Source of the DNA: Raillietiella orientalis
Taxonomy: Eukaryota
Length of the DNA: 64,000 nt
Assembly: GCA_036172245.1 (NCBI GenBank)
Contig: JAYWIR010000024.1
Coordinates: 1,674,001 to 1,738,000 of the forward strand
Reading direction: 5' to 3'
Positions 1-13,524 of this stretch are shown here, piece by piece. Under the pieces are notes generated by a model. That model was not told the DNA's origin. It ran no database searches and saw nothing but the letters and a program-made list of their open reading frames with translations. The position numbers and the translations under genes were made by a program. Position 1 is the first letter of the stretch. Every line of letters starts with the position of its first letter.

Positions 1-2459
1 GCCGAGAGCGTTCGCGCTGCAATATCGGACCGCGCGGTCCGGACGCTGGTCATCCTTTGACTTTTTGTTGCGAGGGAATTCTGGTACATTTCGGGCCATG
101 CGTGAGTCCCACCGCTGCTATTCTCTGGGACGTTTTCGAACAGATGTTCCCATCAACAGGAAGTGCGGGATCATGCGAGAACCAGACGCGCGAGGTGAAG
201 AGAAAAACAACAAAAAACGGTGGACTTTCGAATGCAAGAACTCCCCTTGAGGCGAAAGTGGGAAATCCCTCCGCTTTTACTCGGGTCTCCTACGGTTCAA
301 AGCGCTGTGCCACTCGAGCATCTGAAGAAAAAGTGAGCTCCCGCGCCCATATCATCCAGAATCTTGTTTATCTGTCATACCAGTAGCTAAGACTTATTCC
401 TGTTTATCAAAGAGCCTTTTTTTTTTTTTTTTTGTCGTTGTTATTTTCATTTCTACGCGCAGCCACTCTTTCATGTGAATCTCCTCTTGGCCAGCATCAT
501 TTTCGAAGCGCTCCTCGTAGAACGTCGCGAAGAGGAGAAAGCAAATCCCAGCCGGCAAGATTGGCCACCAAGCAATAAAGTTGACATTTTAGGCTGCTGA
601 AGTTCTTCTAAACAAGTTGAACTCTTTCGCCTGCCTTGGGAACCCTTCGGCGTTCGACGAAGCAGACAAAACGCTCGACAAAATGCTTGATCTGGGAACG
701 AAGGAGAAGTTCGAGGAAGTCAACACGGGTCAAAGGGAAACCAACGATGGCGGCGGTCAGGCGTTCCATTGCTGGACGCTCTGCGTCCGCGGCTTCCATT
801 ACTTTTCCCACTGTGCAGGGAAAGCAGGCTCATCTTGCGAAACCGTTGGGAACGCTCAACGGAAGTTCGGGAAAGTATTGATGTGGAAACTGTGGCGAAT
901 GCGTGCGCTGCCAGTGACTGCCAGGCTTCCCGACGGATGGCAGAAGGCTGCTGCGAAAACACTGTGGCAGTGGAAAGGCGTCGATTTCGCATGTGCCTCA
1001 GCATACGACCGTAGGAACTGGACGCTGCGCGTGACGCCTTGGGTGCCTAACGTCGCAGGAGTGGTGCTAAAAGGGCAAGGTGTGCTTGCCGAGCACACGT
1101 TGCTTCCCAGTCCGCTCTCTTCTCAATCCCAGAAGCAGTCCCGAACATGCCCCTGCTAAAGTAGTCAGTTCTAACTCCTCAGTCTAAAACTACACGTTGG
1201 ACAGCGATCAGGAAGTCGGATGATGATGACCAGCGAGCATTTCTTTACTTCGCCTGCTGAAATGAGTTCGGGAGGAACGCGATTCTCTTCTTGCTCCCCG
1301 TGAGCGCCCTCACTTATACTGATGCTGTCTCCGTTGCTGTTCATTCCCGTTCAGCTGTGAGGGAAAGCACGCTGCCAGCTGGGATGACCAGCAAAGCGGA
1401 GCTTCTGCTGATCGGACCCATAACAAAAGGACCGTCCTGCCCAGGTTCCTTCTCCAGGTTCCCTCTACAGAAGAAACTGCAGCAAGCCTAATCATCTGCC
1501 CGTCGGCGGCTGAGGGAACCTCCACCCGGTCTGCAATCTCGTCTGCTACGAGCGCTCCTCGCAGGAGTGAACGGTTTAGGCCGCAACCTCGCTTTGGGTG
1601 GGATGTGGAGCTGCTGTTCTGGCAGCATCCTGCAAAGACTGATGAAAATCGTCCGTGGATGAGATTATGAGTGGAAAGACCCGACTTCCTTGCAGTGAGG
1701 CCCTGCAGCACATCTCTCTCCCCGCATCGTCCTACTGGCTATCTCTCCCGCGTGATTTCAGATGGAGTGTGGCCGCCCTGAGCACCTCTGCATCCGAACG
1801 TTGGAAGAAAGGAAGGGGAGGGAAAAGTGCAGTCTTCTTCATGTAAAGCAGACCTCCGGAAAAGCTGTTTGAAGATTACACTTTTGACTCGCACACGAGG
1901 AAGCGAATTGACTCCATCCCGCGCACGGGCTTCCACTGTCACGGAACACTTCAGTCAAAAGACGAACCACGTCCTGCATCAGACAGCATCTGCTGCACTT
2001 CGTTTTCAACGGTGGACAATCATTATCTACGGATCCTGCGGAATTATGCGGGAGATTCAGCGTGATCTTCTGTCTGTGCGCGCCTGCTGCCCTCCAGGGA
2101 TGGCGCCTGGAACGAGGTACGACTGACGAGCCTGAGATATTCGGAGCCGGTAGCCTCCATTCGTCCTGTCCCAGGAGGGGACTCGAAGCCGAAGGCAAAC
2201 TATGGCTAAGGGAAGGTTTTTACCCGATGACGGCGGGAACGTACACTTAAAAAATAAACCACAAGTCAGAGGGGGACGGCGTCCTTTGAATACAAAAGAT
2301 GCCCCCCTCCCCCCCAAAAACAGAAGTTCATTGGAGATGACCACCGGCACGCAGACTGGCTTCTAAAAAAGTAGGGAACGGAGAGAGAGGCCAATAGGTA
2401 AATAAAAAAAGACGGAGGTTTCAATCGTTCCTTTCTTTCTAAAAAGCAAAGGAGGCAGT

Positions 2460-4950
2460 CTCCTTGGCGACTTCTGGAAGGCGAGGCCGCCTTGCAGCCG
2501 TCCTCATCAAGGCGTCTGCTATGCTGCTAGCGTTCTTTGCTTCGAACGAGACTCCCTCACAATGCGAACTGCCACCACGGCACGGAGGCGATCACAGCGC
2601 CCACCGTCAGACCGCCTTGAGTGAAGAAGAAGCTCAGCAGCAAGTCCGAGGCGGTGACCTGAGGATGGACGCCGAGGCTGATCTCCGTCGCATGTCCTCC
2701 AGCGCACTGCAGTCCAGGAGGTGCGGGAACGGTTCCGTCTCCTCTTACCTGGAGCAGTTCTGGGAGGCAACTCCCCGGGGAACCAGGTGTCTGCGCCGGT
2801 TGAGCCGGAATCCCCAGCACAGAAACAGCAGAACGTCCCGTTTCCAACGGAGCAGGAACATGAAAGTGTCCGCACGCAGCGAACGAGTTCTTCGGGGACC
2901 ACACTGAAAAAGTCGCTCCACCGAAGAAGTCCCTTCGCCCGGGAACGAGGAGCGGAGCCGTCCACCGGTCCACGCGTCTTGCAGCCGTCCAGGAGTTTCT
3001 CGGCTCCTGCAACTCTGCAGGAGAACTCCTGCTCCGACGGCTGGCTGCCGTCATCGCTTGCCCTGAGGGCAGGCAGTGCTGCAGCAAGGGACGAGGAGGC
3101 CATCCGGGAACGCTGCGTCCAATCCCTGCAGGAGATCTCCCAGCGGTTCGCATCGGAGTTCCCAGCGGTTCGACTCGCGGACGCAGTTCCTCTGGGCGCG
3201 CTTCCGGAGTGGCAACTCAGGAATTCATTGCCTCCTGACGCCAGGTGTTTCAGTTTTAAGGGAGGCAGGGGATTCAAGACAGGGATTCCTGCAATGAAGA
3301 CAGTTGCTTTAGGAGAAAGCCGAATCCCGACGTCCTGTATCGGCAGCGCGGTAGCAGCCAAAGAAGTCCTGCGCTTCCAGCGCCTCGCCGGAGGATGCGG
3401 CATCCCGGGGCACACCGGTGACAAGTCCACGATTGGGCACAAAGGGTCGAAATTCGGAGCTGCACCTGAAGTCCGATCTCGTGGGTGGTCAGGATGCCGT
3501 CACGGGCACCAACCAATTCTTTCAAACGGTCCCGGGAACTCGCAGCACCCCACAGAAAGCGCTGCACCCGATCTCCATCGAATAGGGGGGGAGGGAGCAG
3601 GCCAAAAAACAAGGGGCGGAGGAAGGGGGACAACAAAAATGTCTCAGACGGAGACCCGCTCCGGCAAGACGAACTTGCCGTTTAGGAACGGGTTGATGGA
3701 AGGGAAGGTGACCGTGGCGGGGACATCACGCGTCCCCCGAAAGGCGAAAGAACGGAGGGCAAGCGCCGAAGGTTGACTCTGCACTCGACCTCCGCAGGAG
3801 TGGCTCGCGGCAGTAGGAGAGGGCGCGTCTCAGCTTCCCTGAGATGCCAGGATCCCGCGAAGTACCGAGAGAAGATTCAAGCAGCAGATTCCGAAGGGGA
3901 ACAGGGGTGCACTCGAGCGCAGGGCAATTCCGGGTCGCGTGTTTTGAGTATCGGATGGGCCACCTCCCTCACCGAAGGCGCCCTCAAGGATCACAGCCCG
4001 GTCGTCAGGATGGCCAGAAGAGGCCGATGCCTTCATTCGCTGGTGTCTATTTCCGTAGCATAGCTGGAGTCGAACGCGAACCTGGACGTCGGTTCGCCGG
4101 AAAGGCAGGTTCACCTCCATTTTTGTTCCCCAGCCGCCCTCAAGGCTGAGCCTTCCTCACGGCTTTCTCTTCTTTCGCGGCCATGCCTTCCAGATGCCTG
4201 GAAAGGGCCCTCGAGGGTAAAACGCGGGCAGGGCGCTTGATGCTCCTGCTGCTCGCAGCGAATGCGGGGAGAGCCACTCCAAGTCGCCCCGCCCGGCTTT
4301 CCGGGGATGTTGTGGCGCGGACCGGCTGCCGTTCCGCGCGCCGCTGGCGATGGAATTCGCGCTCGTTCTGCGTCGTGCCGTCGTAGCGCGCGGTGCGGCT
4401 GCGGCTTTCTCTCTGCTGAGTTCTCTGCTGCATCTCCAGCAGCCCCTGAGCTCCTGCATTGGAGCTCTGTTCTTCCCGCAGGGAGCCATAGCAAAACCCT
4501 CGCCTCTTTCCGAGTCCGTCCTGGAGAACCTCTCTGTTCGACTGGACTGCATTGGGGATTGCCCTGGTCTTCCGTTCCAGGGACCTCACGTGATTCGGGC
4601 TCCTTCTCATCATACAGAGTCTCTTCTTTCCGAAGCATCCCGGTTTCGGAACTGCTGACCAGCTCGAGGCCGTTTTTCTTGGCAACCGGGGTACCGAACC
4701 CGAAGTCGTGGTTCCTCGCGTGCATTCAGAAACAGGCCCTGAAGAGAAGGCGATGTCAAGGTGTGGAGGAAAATGGCTTGGAACAATCCGGCAGGGACCT
4801 TCTGGAGAACCGAAGGAGAAGCTGCGGGAAGCGGGAGCGGCGCACGTCTTCTTCCTGCAGGATTTGCCAGGTGGCCCTCGCACTTGCCACTTGGGCCGAG
4901 CATCACGAGCGGGGATCGCAGAAGAACGTAAGCACACGGCACACATCAAC
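2460..4950 (+). pseudogene. Highly degenerate piggyBac-like transposase remnant
   Basis: Frameshifted motifs in piggyBac order: 'PDARCFSFKGGRGFKTGIP' (~DESM..FKGR..FKQYIP), 'TNSFKRSRELA...RSPSNRG' (~DNFFTS...GT.R.NR), and C-terminal 'RRRCQG...RRTSSSCRICQVALALATWAEHH' resembling the Cys-rich domain. Boundaries approximate. Confidence 0.45.
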
Positions 4951-5764
4951 TCTCTGCTGTTCTTCCTCCCTATGACTCTCTTGGACTGCTCCTCCTCGCA
5001 GGTTGAGTGAGGATGTCCGGGTCGTTTCCTGGGACGAATGAGGCATTCTGGTAGGTGGCTGGGTTGCCAGCAAGAGACGCGCGTATCTGGGCAGTGCAGC
5101 TTCCTCCGGCATCGGCTCCCTGCTGCCTCAGATGCCGCCGTCAGAGTCGTTTCGTCGTCCAGAGGTGGAGGGTCGGGGAGGAGGAGGAGAGGGAGGATGT
5201 CCTTCGTGACGGAAAGTCTTGAAGACTTTCTTGAGTCTTGGAGCGCTCTGATGACCTTCAGAAGGGAGCACTGCAACTGAACGGGTGGGCAGAGGGAAGT
5301 GAAAGGGACAGCTGACCCGGAGGATGTCCCTCTGGAATATTCTGGGACTCGTCACGGGGTCACATTCCTCGGGAGTGCCGCGTATCATTGCGCCGCAGGG
5401 AGAGACGCCGGTCTCAGGTGGCTGCGGGGGCGCTGAAGGTGGAGAGAGCGCGACCACTCCCCCATCTCCACGCACCTCCCTCCTCCCTCCTACTCATTCC
5501 TTCCATCCCTTCTCAATTCCCATCAAAAAAAGGGGCGCGTGTAGGCGTGCCGGAGGTGTTCCTGGGACGTCCGTTTCCATGCGGGCTGAGTGCACGCGCC
5601 GAGTTGCGTGCAGGTTCAGCTCTGCAGTTTCGGGGTCAGAGAGACCCCTAGGAGAGGGTTATTCGCGTTGAAGAGCTCTCTCTACCCCCTTCTCCCTCGC
5701 TTGCGACCTGCTGACGTCCGCTCCAGGCCTCAGTGGATGGCGCGCGCCATATGCCGTGCGCTGA

Positions 5765-6010
5765 GCAACCAGCCTCAACGGCTGCTGGCGTCCCTGCCTG
5801 CTGGCCGGACTTCGCCTCCCTCCCACCTTCCTTTAGGATCGAAAAAATTGGGCACGCCACAGGCCGAAGTACCACCGAAGCTTCAGTAAGGTCAGGGGAA
5901 AGGGAAAGGCGAGCTCCCCCCCCACACACACACATCCGGGGTGCGAGTCCTGCGGCCGGGGCACCCGTGAATGTCGATCCTCGGGAGTCTTCCTCTTGTC
6001 CTGCTGCAGG
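5765..6010. repeat. Diverged local duplicate of 8141-8260 plus 8435-8545
   Basis: gcaaccagcctcaacggctgctggcgtccctgcctgct...ggatcgaaaaaattggg occurs at both 5765 and 8141; downstream acacatccgggg and gagtctt blocks also align. Confidence 0.8.
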
Positions 6011-8289
6011 TGCGCCGGGCATCGTGTGGACTCACTCGTTTCCTGGCGAGCGAGCAGCTTGGAAGAGGAGGGGGGGGGGATCAGGAAAGGGCGGCACCGC
6101 CCACACCCTCCCGGAGGGGACCGCAGAGGTCCTTCTCAGGGAGGCACCTTCCTGGTGTCGGCCCGCTTGCCTCGCGCGTACCGGACTATCGATTTCTCCC
6201 TTTCCTTTTTGGCCTTTTTTCCCCCCTTTCCAATAATGGAGGGGTGAGTCGTCCTATTAGGAGAGGGTCAGCATTTCGGTCCTCGTCCCGATCCGCGCCC
6301 TCCTGTGGATAAATCCTAGGGACGTTGGGACCGGAGTCTGCCTTGAGGGAAGAGGAGAAGAGGAGGGGAGGAGGAAATTCGGGGACCGTCCCGCGTGCAT
6401 TTGAGTCCGTCTTGCCGGAGGCCATCAAATGAAAGCAGCCTCGAGGTGACCGGAGGAGGCGCTTTCGTGATCTGGAAGCATCGAGAAAACCCGGCCGCTC
6501 CATGGGTGCTGAGCTCATGTGTTTTATTGTAGGCTACGCGATGGAATCGTGCATGCGCATGTGTGAGTTGTGCAACTCACGTGACTGGATTGGAAAGGAT
6601 CAGATCAGGACACTCAGTTGGGTAAGTGGCTATCTCGTACCAAAATTATGCCATTATGCTCAAGAGCCGTACATAACTATTGATCAGATTATCAGAAGGT
6701 TTTTTTCTTCTTCTTCTTTCCTCCTTTCTTTTCTTTGTCGAGCTCGCCTTCCTTCCAAGGCAACCAGGGATGCAAAAGTTTTCCGGATTAGCACTTCGGA
6801 GATAGAGTGGATGGCGTGATGCTGATATGGTGCGGCAAGAAAGCATTTTCCATATGCAAAAAGATTTCGGCCTAGATTGCCATTGGCAAGCAGGAAACGA
6901 AAAAGCGGGGGGCTGGGGTGGGGGGGAAGAAACATTAATTCATACAACGCTCAGTTAACGTATGCCCGATGCGTACGCACATACGTATAAATCCCCTTCA
7001 ACTATGGGAATCAAATGGGTTGTGCGATCTGACGAATAGATGGAAAAATGGGTGGAAGCAGAAATGGGTAAACTCCCTCTTATCAGAGCAAATCCTTTTC
7101 TCCCTTCTTGGGCATTCCGTTCGCCGATAACGGAAAACGGGTGGACTGGATCCTCTCGATGGTGGTTTGTGGTCCTCGAAAAAGGAAAGAAAGGAAAGGC
7201 GATTCCGTCCACTTCCGTCCAGACTGCCTCGACGAACCCACAGAGAGCGCCTGTTGGAAGGCCCACCGCGACAGCACCACCACCACCGCAGGAGGGCGGT
7301 CCGCCGAGGCAGCCCGCCCGGACTTTGAGGCGTTCCTGTCCAAGGTCCGCCGCCGGCAACTCTCCTGGAGAAGGAGCGGAGATGGAACGGGGACGCTGGG
7401 AGCGATCGCGTTTTCGACCCCCGCACGGCGAATGAAATCAGATGCAAGGAGCGGCTGGAAGAATCTCAGGATCACCAGGGCACGGAGGAACCGAGCTCGA
7501 GAAATGGGAACCAATGCGAGAGCTCACCCACGCTTTAGCAATCCATGCGCTGAAGTGCACATTCGCTCGCCATTGCTCAGTGCGTTTTGCTGTTGAAGAT
7601 GTCGGGGATGCCGACTTCAACAGGCAAAAGTGAAAATAAGCACACACCCTTCGTCTCCTGTTATGGTGGGGGTGCTGCCGTCCCCCGCCCCCTCCCCAGG
7701 AAAGAGCACAGGGCCCCTGCACCGCATGACTCGAGGGCAGCCCTTGCAGCGCTGCGGAGCCACCGGCAGAGTTTCGTATCCTGGGATGCGCGCCTTCGGG
7801 TTCAGACTGTCTTCTTGCGGCGCGAACTGACCTTTTCTTCGAGAGAGGGAAGGAAACTGTTTGCGTTCACTTTACGTTGCTAACGAGATGTGGGTCCGCG
7901 GGTGCGGTAACTCCGGCAACCAACGAATGCCCTTCCTCAGTCGGACTCGCGGCGAGGTGAATTTTTCTTCTTTTCCCTCTTCTTTCCTTCTGCAAGTGTC
8001 TGTCGCAGTGGTAACACAGATCGGAAGCCCACTGAGACACCGCGCTCTCTTTCGGTGGAGTCCGTGCTCCCCATGGGGCCGCGACTGTTTCGCCATTTGT
8101 GGGAGGTAGGGAGATTGGGGGAGGGCGGTGCGCGTGCAGGGCAACCAGCCTCAACGGCTGCTGGCGTCCCTGCCTGCTGTCCGGACTTCGCCTCCCTCCC
8201 ACCTTCCTTTCGGATCGAAAAAAATTGGGTCCGCACAGGCTAAAGTTCCGCCGAAGCTCCCCGTGGGGTTCGACACTCGGTTGCGCCGT

Positions 8290-8940
8290 TGGGGCGTTTA
8301 TTTATAGAAAATAAACATAGATGTCGGTGTCAGGACGCTTGGTCCCGCCACGTCACCAGTGCAACGACGGGAGCCTGCCGAGGACCGGCGAGCAGGCCGG
8401 CGAGGTTCGCCTCGTCGGGAAAGGGTCACCGCGGGGTCAAGGGGGAGAGGAAGGCGAGATCCCCTGCCCCCCTACCACAGGCACATACACATCCGGGGCA
8501 CCAACAAAGGTAAAGGCATGGAGTCTTTCGCTGGCTTGCTGCTCCGCTTCGCGTACCCTTTGCGGGGGGGCACCACCCTACCGCCGTAGTTTCGAATGCC
8601 CATTCCCTTCCGGAGCAGGAGTCCCGTCAGCATTCGAGTAGCTGGGACCCCTCCGCCTCCTCGCTCTCGAGAATTTGCCCTTTGGATGAGGAAGGCCCCC
8701 CACCCCCCCTTGGGAGGCTCGTTGCTTGCTTGACGACTCCCCATTCTTTGCAGAGGAAGTCCGTGCCAGTGCGCATGTGGAACGGGTCTTCCAGGCTCCC
8801 GCATGCGGGACAGGTCTTCGCCACCAGTCCGGGTTTCCCGCCCAGTGTCGAATGCTTCTTCCTCGATGCGGCATCGGAAGGAGGAGACGGTCCACCCGGC
8901 AAACGTCCAGACCGTCGCATGCGTTCAGCAACTCCTCGCC
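8290..8940 (-). mobile_element. 3' fragment of an L1/Tx1-type LINE (zf-RVT plus 3' UTR)
   Basis: Minus-strand 'LVAKTCPACGSLEDPFHM' CCHC-type C-terminus. The 3' end (cgtttatttatagaaaataaacatagatgt...aggccggcgaggttcgcctcg) matches the LINE 3' end at ~21953-22066. Confidence 0.65.
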
Positions 8941-11900
8941 TCGAGGGGTCGTTGCACGCCCACTTTCAAATCCAAATGGAAATCACACACACATGAACCA
9001 TTGCTTGCCCCCCCCTTCCCCGTGTTTCATTCCCTTTTGCAGCCATGGATACGCCACGCTGCTCATAATGTGCACGAAAGCGGGCTCACCACGCCCCCCC
9101 TCTCGATTTCGTTTTCTCCGAACACGGCGCGACGGCCTCCCTGTGCAAACGCGTGGCACCCCACAAGGAGGGGGGAAGGGGGAGGGCAGACGCCCGTGAT
9201 GGAATCGTGAAACCGCGCACGCGCGGAGTGCCGCGCCGCCGCTCGCGTGCGCGGGGGATCCGCGGGAGGGGATGCCCGCAGGCAGCGTGCAAGGCGAAAC
9301 CGCCGCCTCGCCTGACCGTGCCTCCCCCTCGGTTCCACCGGGGAGGCGCCCCCGTCGGAATTCAGAGGTGCGCGGAGGTTCGCTCTCGACAGCTTCTCCG
9401 ATTTCCCCGCGCATCCGCCAACGCCCCCCGACGTGCTGAGGCGACGCCGTCGACGAACGCTCGCGGCGCGCAAAGAGTGCCCCGAGCGGGACCGCCGTCG
9501 CGGCCCGCGCTGCTGCAGACCCGAGTGGGCAAGGGGCGTGATTGCCCCCATCCCTGTCCGTGCCGGGTGGCTTGGGAAGGAAGGGGGCGGCGGCGGCGGA
9601 TCTGTGGCGAATCCTGGAGACCGGGGACGTTTCCAAAAGGGAGCGTTCCCTCGGGTGACAGACTCATCCCATCTCCCGAGTCCCACTTGATCTTCTCTCT
9701 TCCTTATTTAGCCATTAGCGCACTCTTCTTTTCGCACCGTCGGGAGGAGGGGGGAAGAGGGAGGCAAATTTCGATTCCTCCTCCTCCTCCTCCTTTCGAT
9801 GTCCCTCGGGAATGCCTTTTTCCTTTTTCTTCTTCGCGCGTTTCCGTTCGCGCGGCGCGCACGAAACTTTCGATCTCACTTTTTGCCGACGCGCGCGGCG
9901 GAAAGAATACAACGAAACAAAAGCGCGCGCGTCATGGATTTCGCTTCCAGCGGCACGGCCACGGCTAAAAATATTTCATCTCTGTTTATAGATTCTCTTT
10001 CTTATTCGGCCTAATATGGAGATCCTGGCACGGACGTGTGCTGCTTTTCGCTCTTCTTAGAACATGGGGGTTCCGGGAATATTTTCAGTTCGAGGGGAAC
10101 CCGCGGTGGTGGGGGAGGGGAGGGGCAAGTAACCGGCGCTCCCGCAGTGGCTCGCGAGAACTCACTGCCTGGAGACGAACGCAACACGCAAGGGAGGGGG
10201 GAATAAATAAATGAATAAATAAATGAAGGAAAGCGAAGGAGGAGCGGGAAGAGGTTCCCGATTTAGCCGGCTCGGGAATTGCAATTAACGGCGTTGCCAC
10301 GTTTCGGGATCCGTCTCGTGCAGTCTGCGGCAAGTCCCCGCTGGAGCACCGTCCGGACTCTCTCTCGCACGCACGCTGCACGCGGTAGCCATTAGCAACC
10401 GTGCTGATCAGCGTGTTTTTCACCCGGCAACGCGCGCGCGCGCGCGGGGGGGGGGGGAAGAAAAAAAAAAGAAGACGCCTCTTTGCTACTGGAAAAACGG
10501 GTCGCCGGCGAGCTGCTCCGGAAGAATGGCCTTCCTCTGCCGTGAAACGTCCCAGAAGGCATAAACGGGGAGAAAAGCAGAAGAAGAAGGAGAAGAAAGA
10601 AATGAAACCCTCTTCCTGTGGCGAGGTGCGGTCGCATAGAAGATGGTGGAATTGACCGGCGTAAAGGGAACTCAGGCAGAAGGAGCGCATCGTTCTGGTT
10701 CGGCCCCAGGCCTTCTTCCTGCCGAGCGGCGCCGGAGCAAGGCCCGGGTCGTTTGGCCGCAAATGGCATGATGCGCGCTTCGCCCCGTTGAAGGCAACCC
10801 TTTTCTGGAGCCGAGGTGTCCGGAAACACACTGAGAACATTATTTTCTTGTCCCGCCTCGCCCTTCTCACCTACCGCTTTCGGGTTTCCATTCTTCGCAG
10901 GCATTTCGCCCCTTTCCTTTCGAAACCAGGTGCCAGCGTACGGAAACCATCCGAGCCTGCGTTCCGGTTCCGAGAGGAATCCGGGAATCGCAGAAGGATC
11001 CCTGGAAGGCGATGGGTTCGTCGGATTTCTAGGAATTGTTTTGGCTGTTCCCAGAGCGCCAGTTCCGACGGATTCGGCAACTTTCGTGCGACACCTCTTA
11101 ATTTACGCTTTTCGGATACGCAACCACATACTTATTTCACCCTCCGAGATCCACTTTTAGAATCTTCGACCTCCCTCTTTCCCAATTATAGAAGTGGAAA
11201 TGCTCGTCTCCCCTGTGGCATACAAGCGGCATTCCGTGATGGGTTCCGATGCACGGAAGAACGAACGGCACACATTCATTCCTCGGAATGGAGTTCTTGA
11301 CGTATCCGTTGACTGAAGTGCCTCCTTCCGCGGAGAACGTTCCAGACGTGCGTCGCACTACGACCTCCGTGCACACTTTCGGTGTTTGCGGGGGCGAATG
11401 GCCGCATCGCTTGCAACCAGACACCTTCGTTCGAGCTAAACAGCAGAGTGCTCCTTGGTTACCATTTCATCTCCGTCGGTGGTCGATGCCCAGGCACCTG
11501 GTTTCTTCCCAGCATCTTACCTACTGTACTGCCGGCAGCCATGTTGTTCCCTCGAACGGAAGAAGCGGCTCCGGAAAACGATGCGTCACGGCTTTTTCAG
11601 TTGAAAACGAAGAAGCCAGTACTTGAATGGAAACCGAGTCGCCTCTTCATCTGGTGCGAACTTGTCGAGGCAAGAAGCTGCTGCTTCAGCGTGCTGTCGC
11701 ATCTTCACCCTACTGTCTGGATTGGGGGGTGGGGGGAGGGGAAGAGGATGTGGGGGGCGGGGGGGAGAAGCCACGACATGGTCCCCTTCATGATTCTTGC
11801 TTCTCCCAAGCTAGCTAGTTCCGGTTTCATGCAAACCCGGTCTCGCGCTGTGCCTGCCATCTAGTGGCCAAGCGGGAAACAAGTTGCTGGTACTCGAAGT

Positions 11901-12269
11901 TGCCGTTAGTGCCGCGTCATTGAAAATCTCGGCGGTTATTTCACCTCGTCATGAGGAAGGATTGAAGCAAGGCAAAGGGGTGGTCATTCCCGGGAAACGC
12001 TAGTCATCCGCGATTGACCTGCTGAGCGAGTGATTCCTTCAGCAAAGTCCACCCGTGGGTGCGTAATTGAAATTGGCGAAAACGAATACGTACGTCTAAA
12101 CGCACAGCGAATGTACGTATTGTGAACTTCAATGAAAAAAGAAAAAAACATCGCTCATAAAAATTTCGTTACAGACGTTCTACAGAAAATATCATGGATA
12201 AGAAAAATGAAAAAACAAAAAAAAACTCCTAAGAAATTGGTTACCTTATGGCCTACTAGGTCAAGAGAA

Positions 12270-13010
12270 AAGAACCATGCGAGTCGCGGTCTTATGTGGA
12301 GAGCACGATTCTGACCACCATCTGTATTTCAGAAATCCCTCCGGGTTGACTTTTGCACAAGGCAAAAAATTCCGTCCCGAAACGACTCCCTTTAGAGGGT
12401 ATGGGCTGCTTCCGAGGCAATCCCCCTTCCCATGGCAACGAGGGTTCATCAACGCCGGTGTCTCGTTCCGGAGTTGCATCAGGATTCGCATCCGTGTGGA
12501 ACATTTTTTCCAGACAGCGTCAATTTTGGAAATTCTGCTTCCCGGAGTCGCGTTTTGGTCATCTTCGAGACGGATGAATTCGAAACGAAGGCTGCAAAGA
12601 TCTGTGATGGAGGGCATCCCGTCGCTAAGGAGAGGAGCGGCCATTCTTTCTCTTTTAGAGGAGCGCAGCTCAAGTTTTGGCTTTCTGACCAATCCCTCGC
12701 GGTGTCAACACTGAGATGAAACACCTCATTGCTGCGTTGTTTGCTGGATGCCCATTCCTCATCCCCGATCGTTTCTTCAATGAATGAATTTCGACGTGCT
12801 GCCTCCCATGCAAATCTTTCTGTTTCACAACTGTGGATATGAGCAGTTTCTCGTACGAAAATTCATACAAACAAAGCAAGTAATCTCTTCCTCGATTTCC
12901 TGGGTACATTGGATTGTGCACCAGGATTTCCGTGACAAACGAAAATTACGTTCACCTCTCACATAGATCACCTTTTGCCAAAACGAATCACTTGAAGCCT
13001 TGGAATTGAG
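12270..13010 (-). pseudogene. piggyBac (PGBD4-like) transposase fragment, frameshifted
   Basis: Consecutive minus-strand motifs 'AMRCFISVL...VRKPKLE' and 'PERDTGVDEPSLPWEGGLPRKQPIPSKGSRFGTEFFALCKS', matching the piggyBac IDES...WKGR...YIPSKR.RFGIK...LC block. Confidence 0.8.
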
Positions 13011-13524
13011 GAAAGTTATTCAAATTGCTATCTTCCTTTCCTCAGTTAGCTTCAGTTATGTAAAAAGTATGTAAACAAACCCGGCGTGTAAGGAGGAAGG
13101 AGAAGTTTTTGTTTGGTTGGCATACCTTACGTCACTTCAAAGATGTTTTGATAAAAAATGAATAACGTCGTTGCACGTTGCAGTCCAGATCAAAATATAA
13201 ATAAAATACACATATAAGTGAGGTTGTTTTGACTTTTTTTTGTTTTTGTTTTTTTAACTAAAATTTCGTATTTTGATAGCGAGGCGCATTTTTTTTTTTT
13301 TCCCTACGGCGCGCCTATATTCGTCAAACGCACCACAGCTACGCCCTTTCAGAACGCCTTCGCAAGACGAACGAGCGTCAATTGAAGGAAAACTTCTGGT
13401 GACGGAGGTGGGAGGAACCCACCCTTTTCCGTCCCTTCAGTGAAGAACAGTGGTCTCACTTGGAAGCTACGCTTCAGCATAGGGGTGGATCGATGCACCC
13501 AGAGCTTCGCCACAGTTTTGGCCG

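Noticed and set aside
617..1159. 180-aa ORF with Cys/Trp pattern resembling a transposon-associated CXC protein tail
   Set aside because: TTG start and motifs scattered over frames; cannot be assigned without an HMM search.
7223..7344. Possible isolated + strand exon (CLDEPTESACW...FEAFLSK)
   Set aside because: Plausible acceptor but weak donor, no partner exons, and no recognisable domain.
9150..10900. Long GC-rich ORFs or a promoter of a second gene
   Set aside because: Overlapping Arg/Pro/Gly-rich frames on both strands are expected at this GC content; no coherent exon chain was found.
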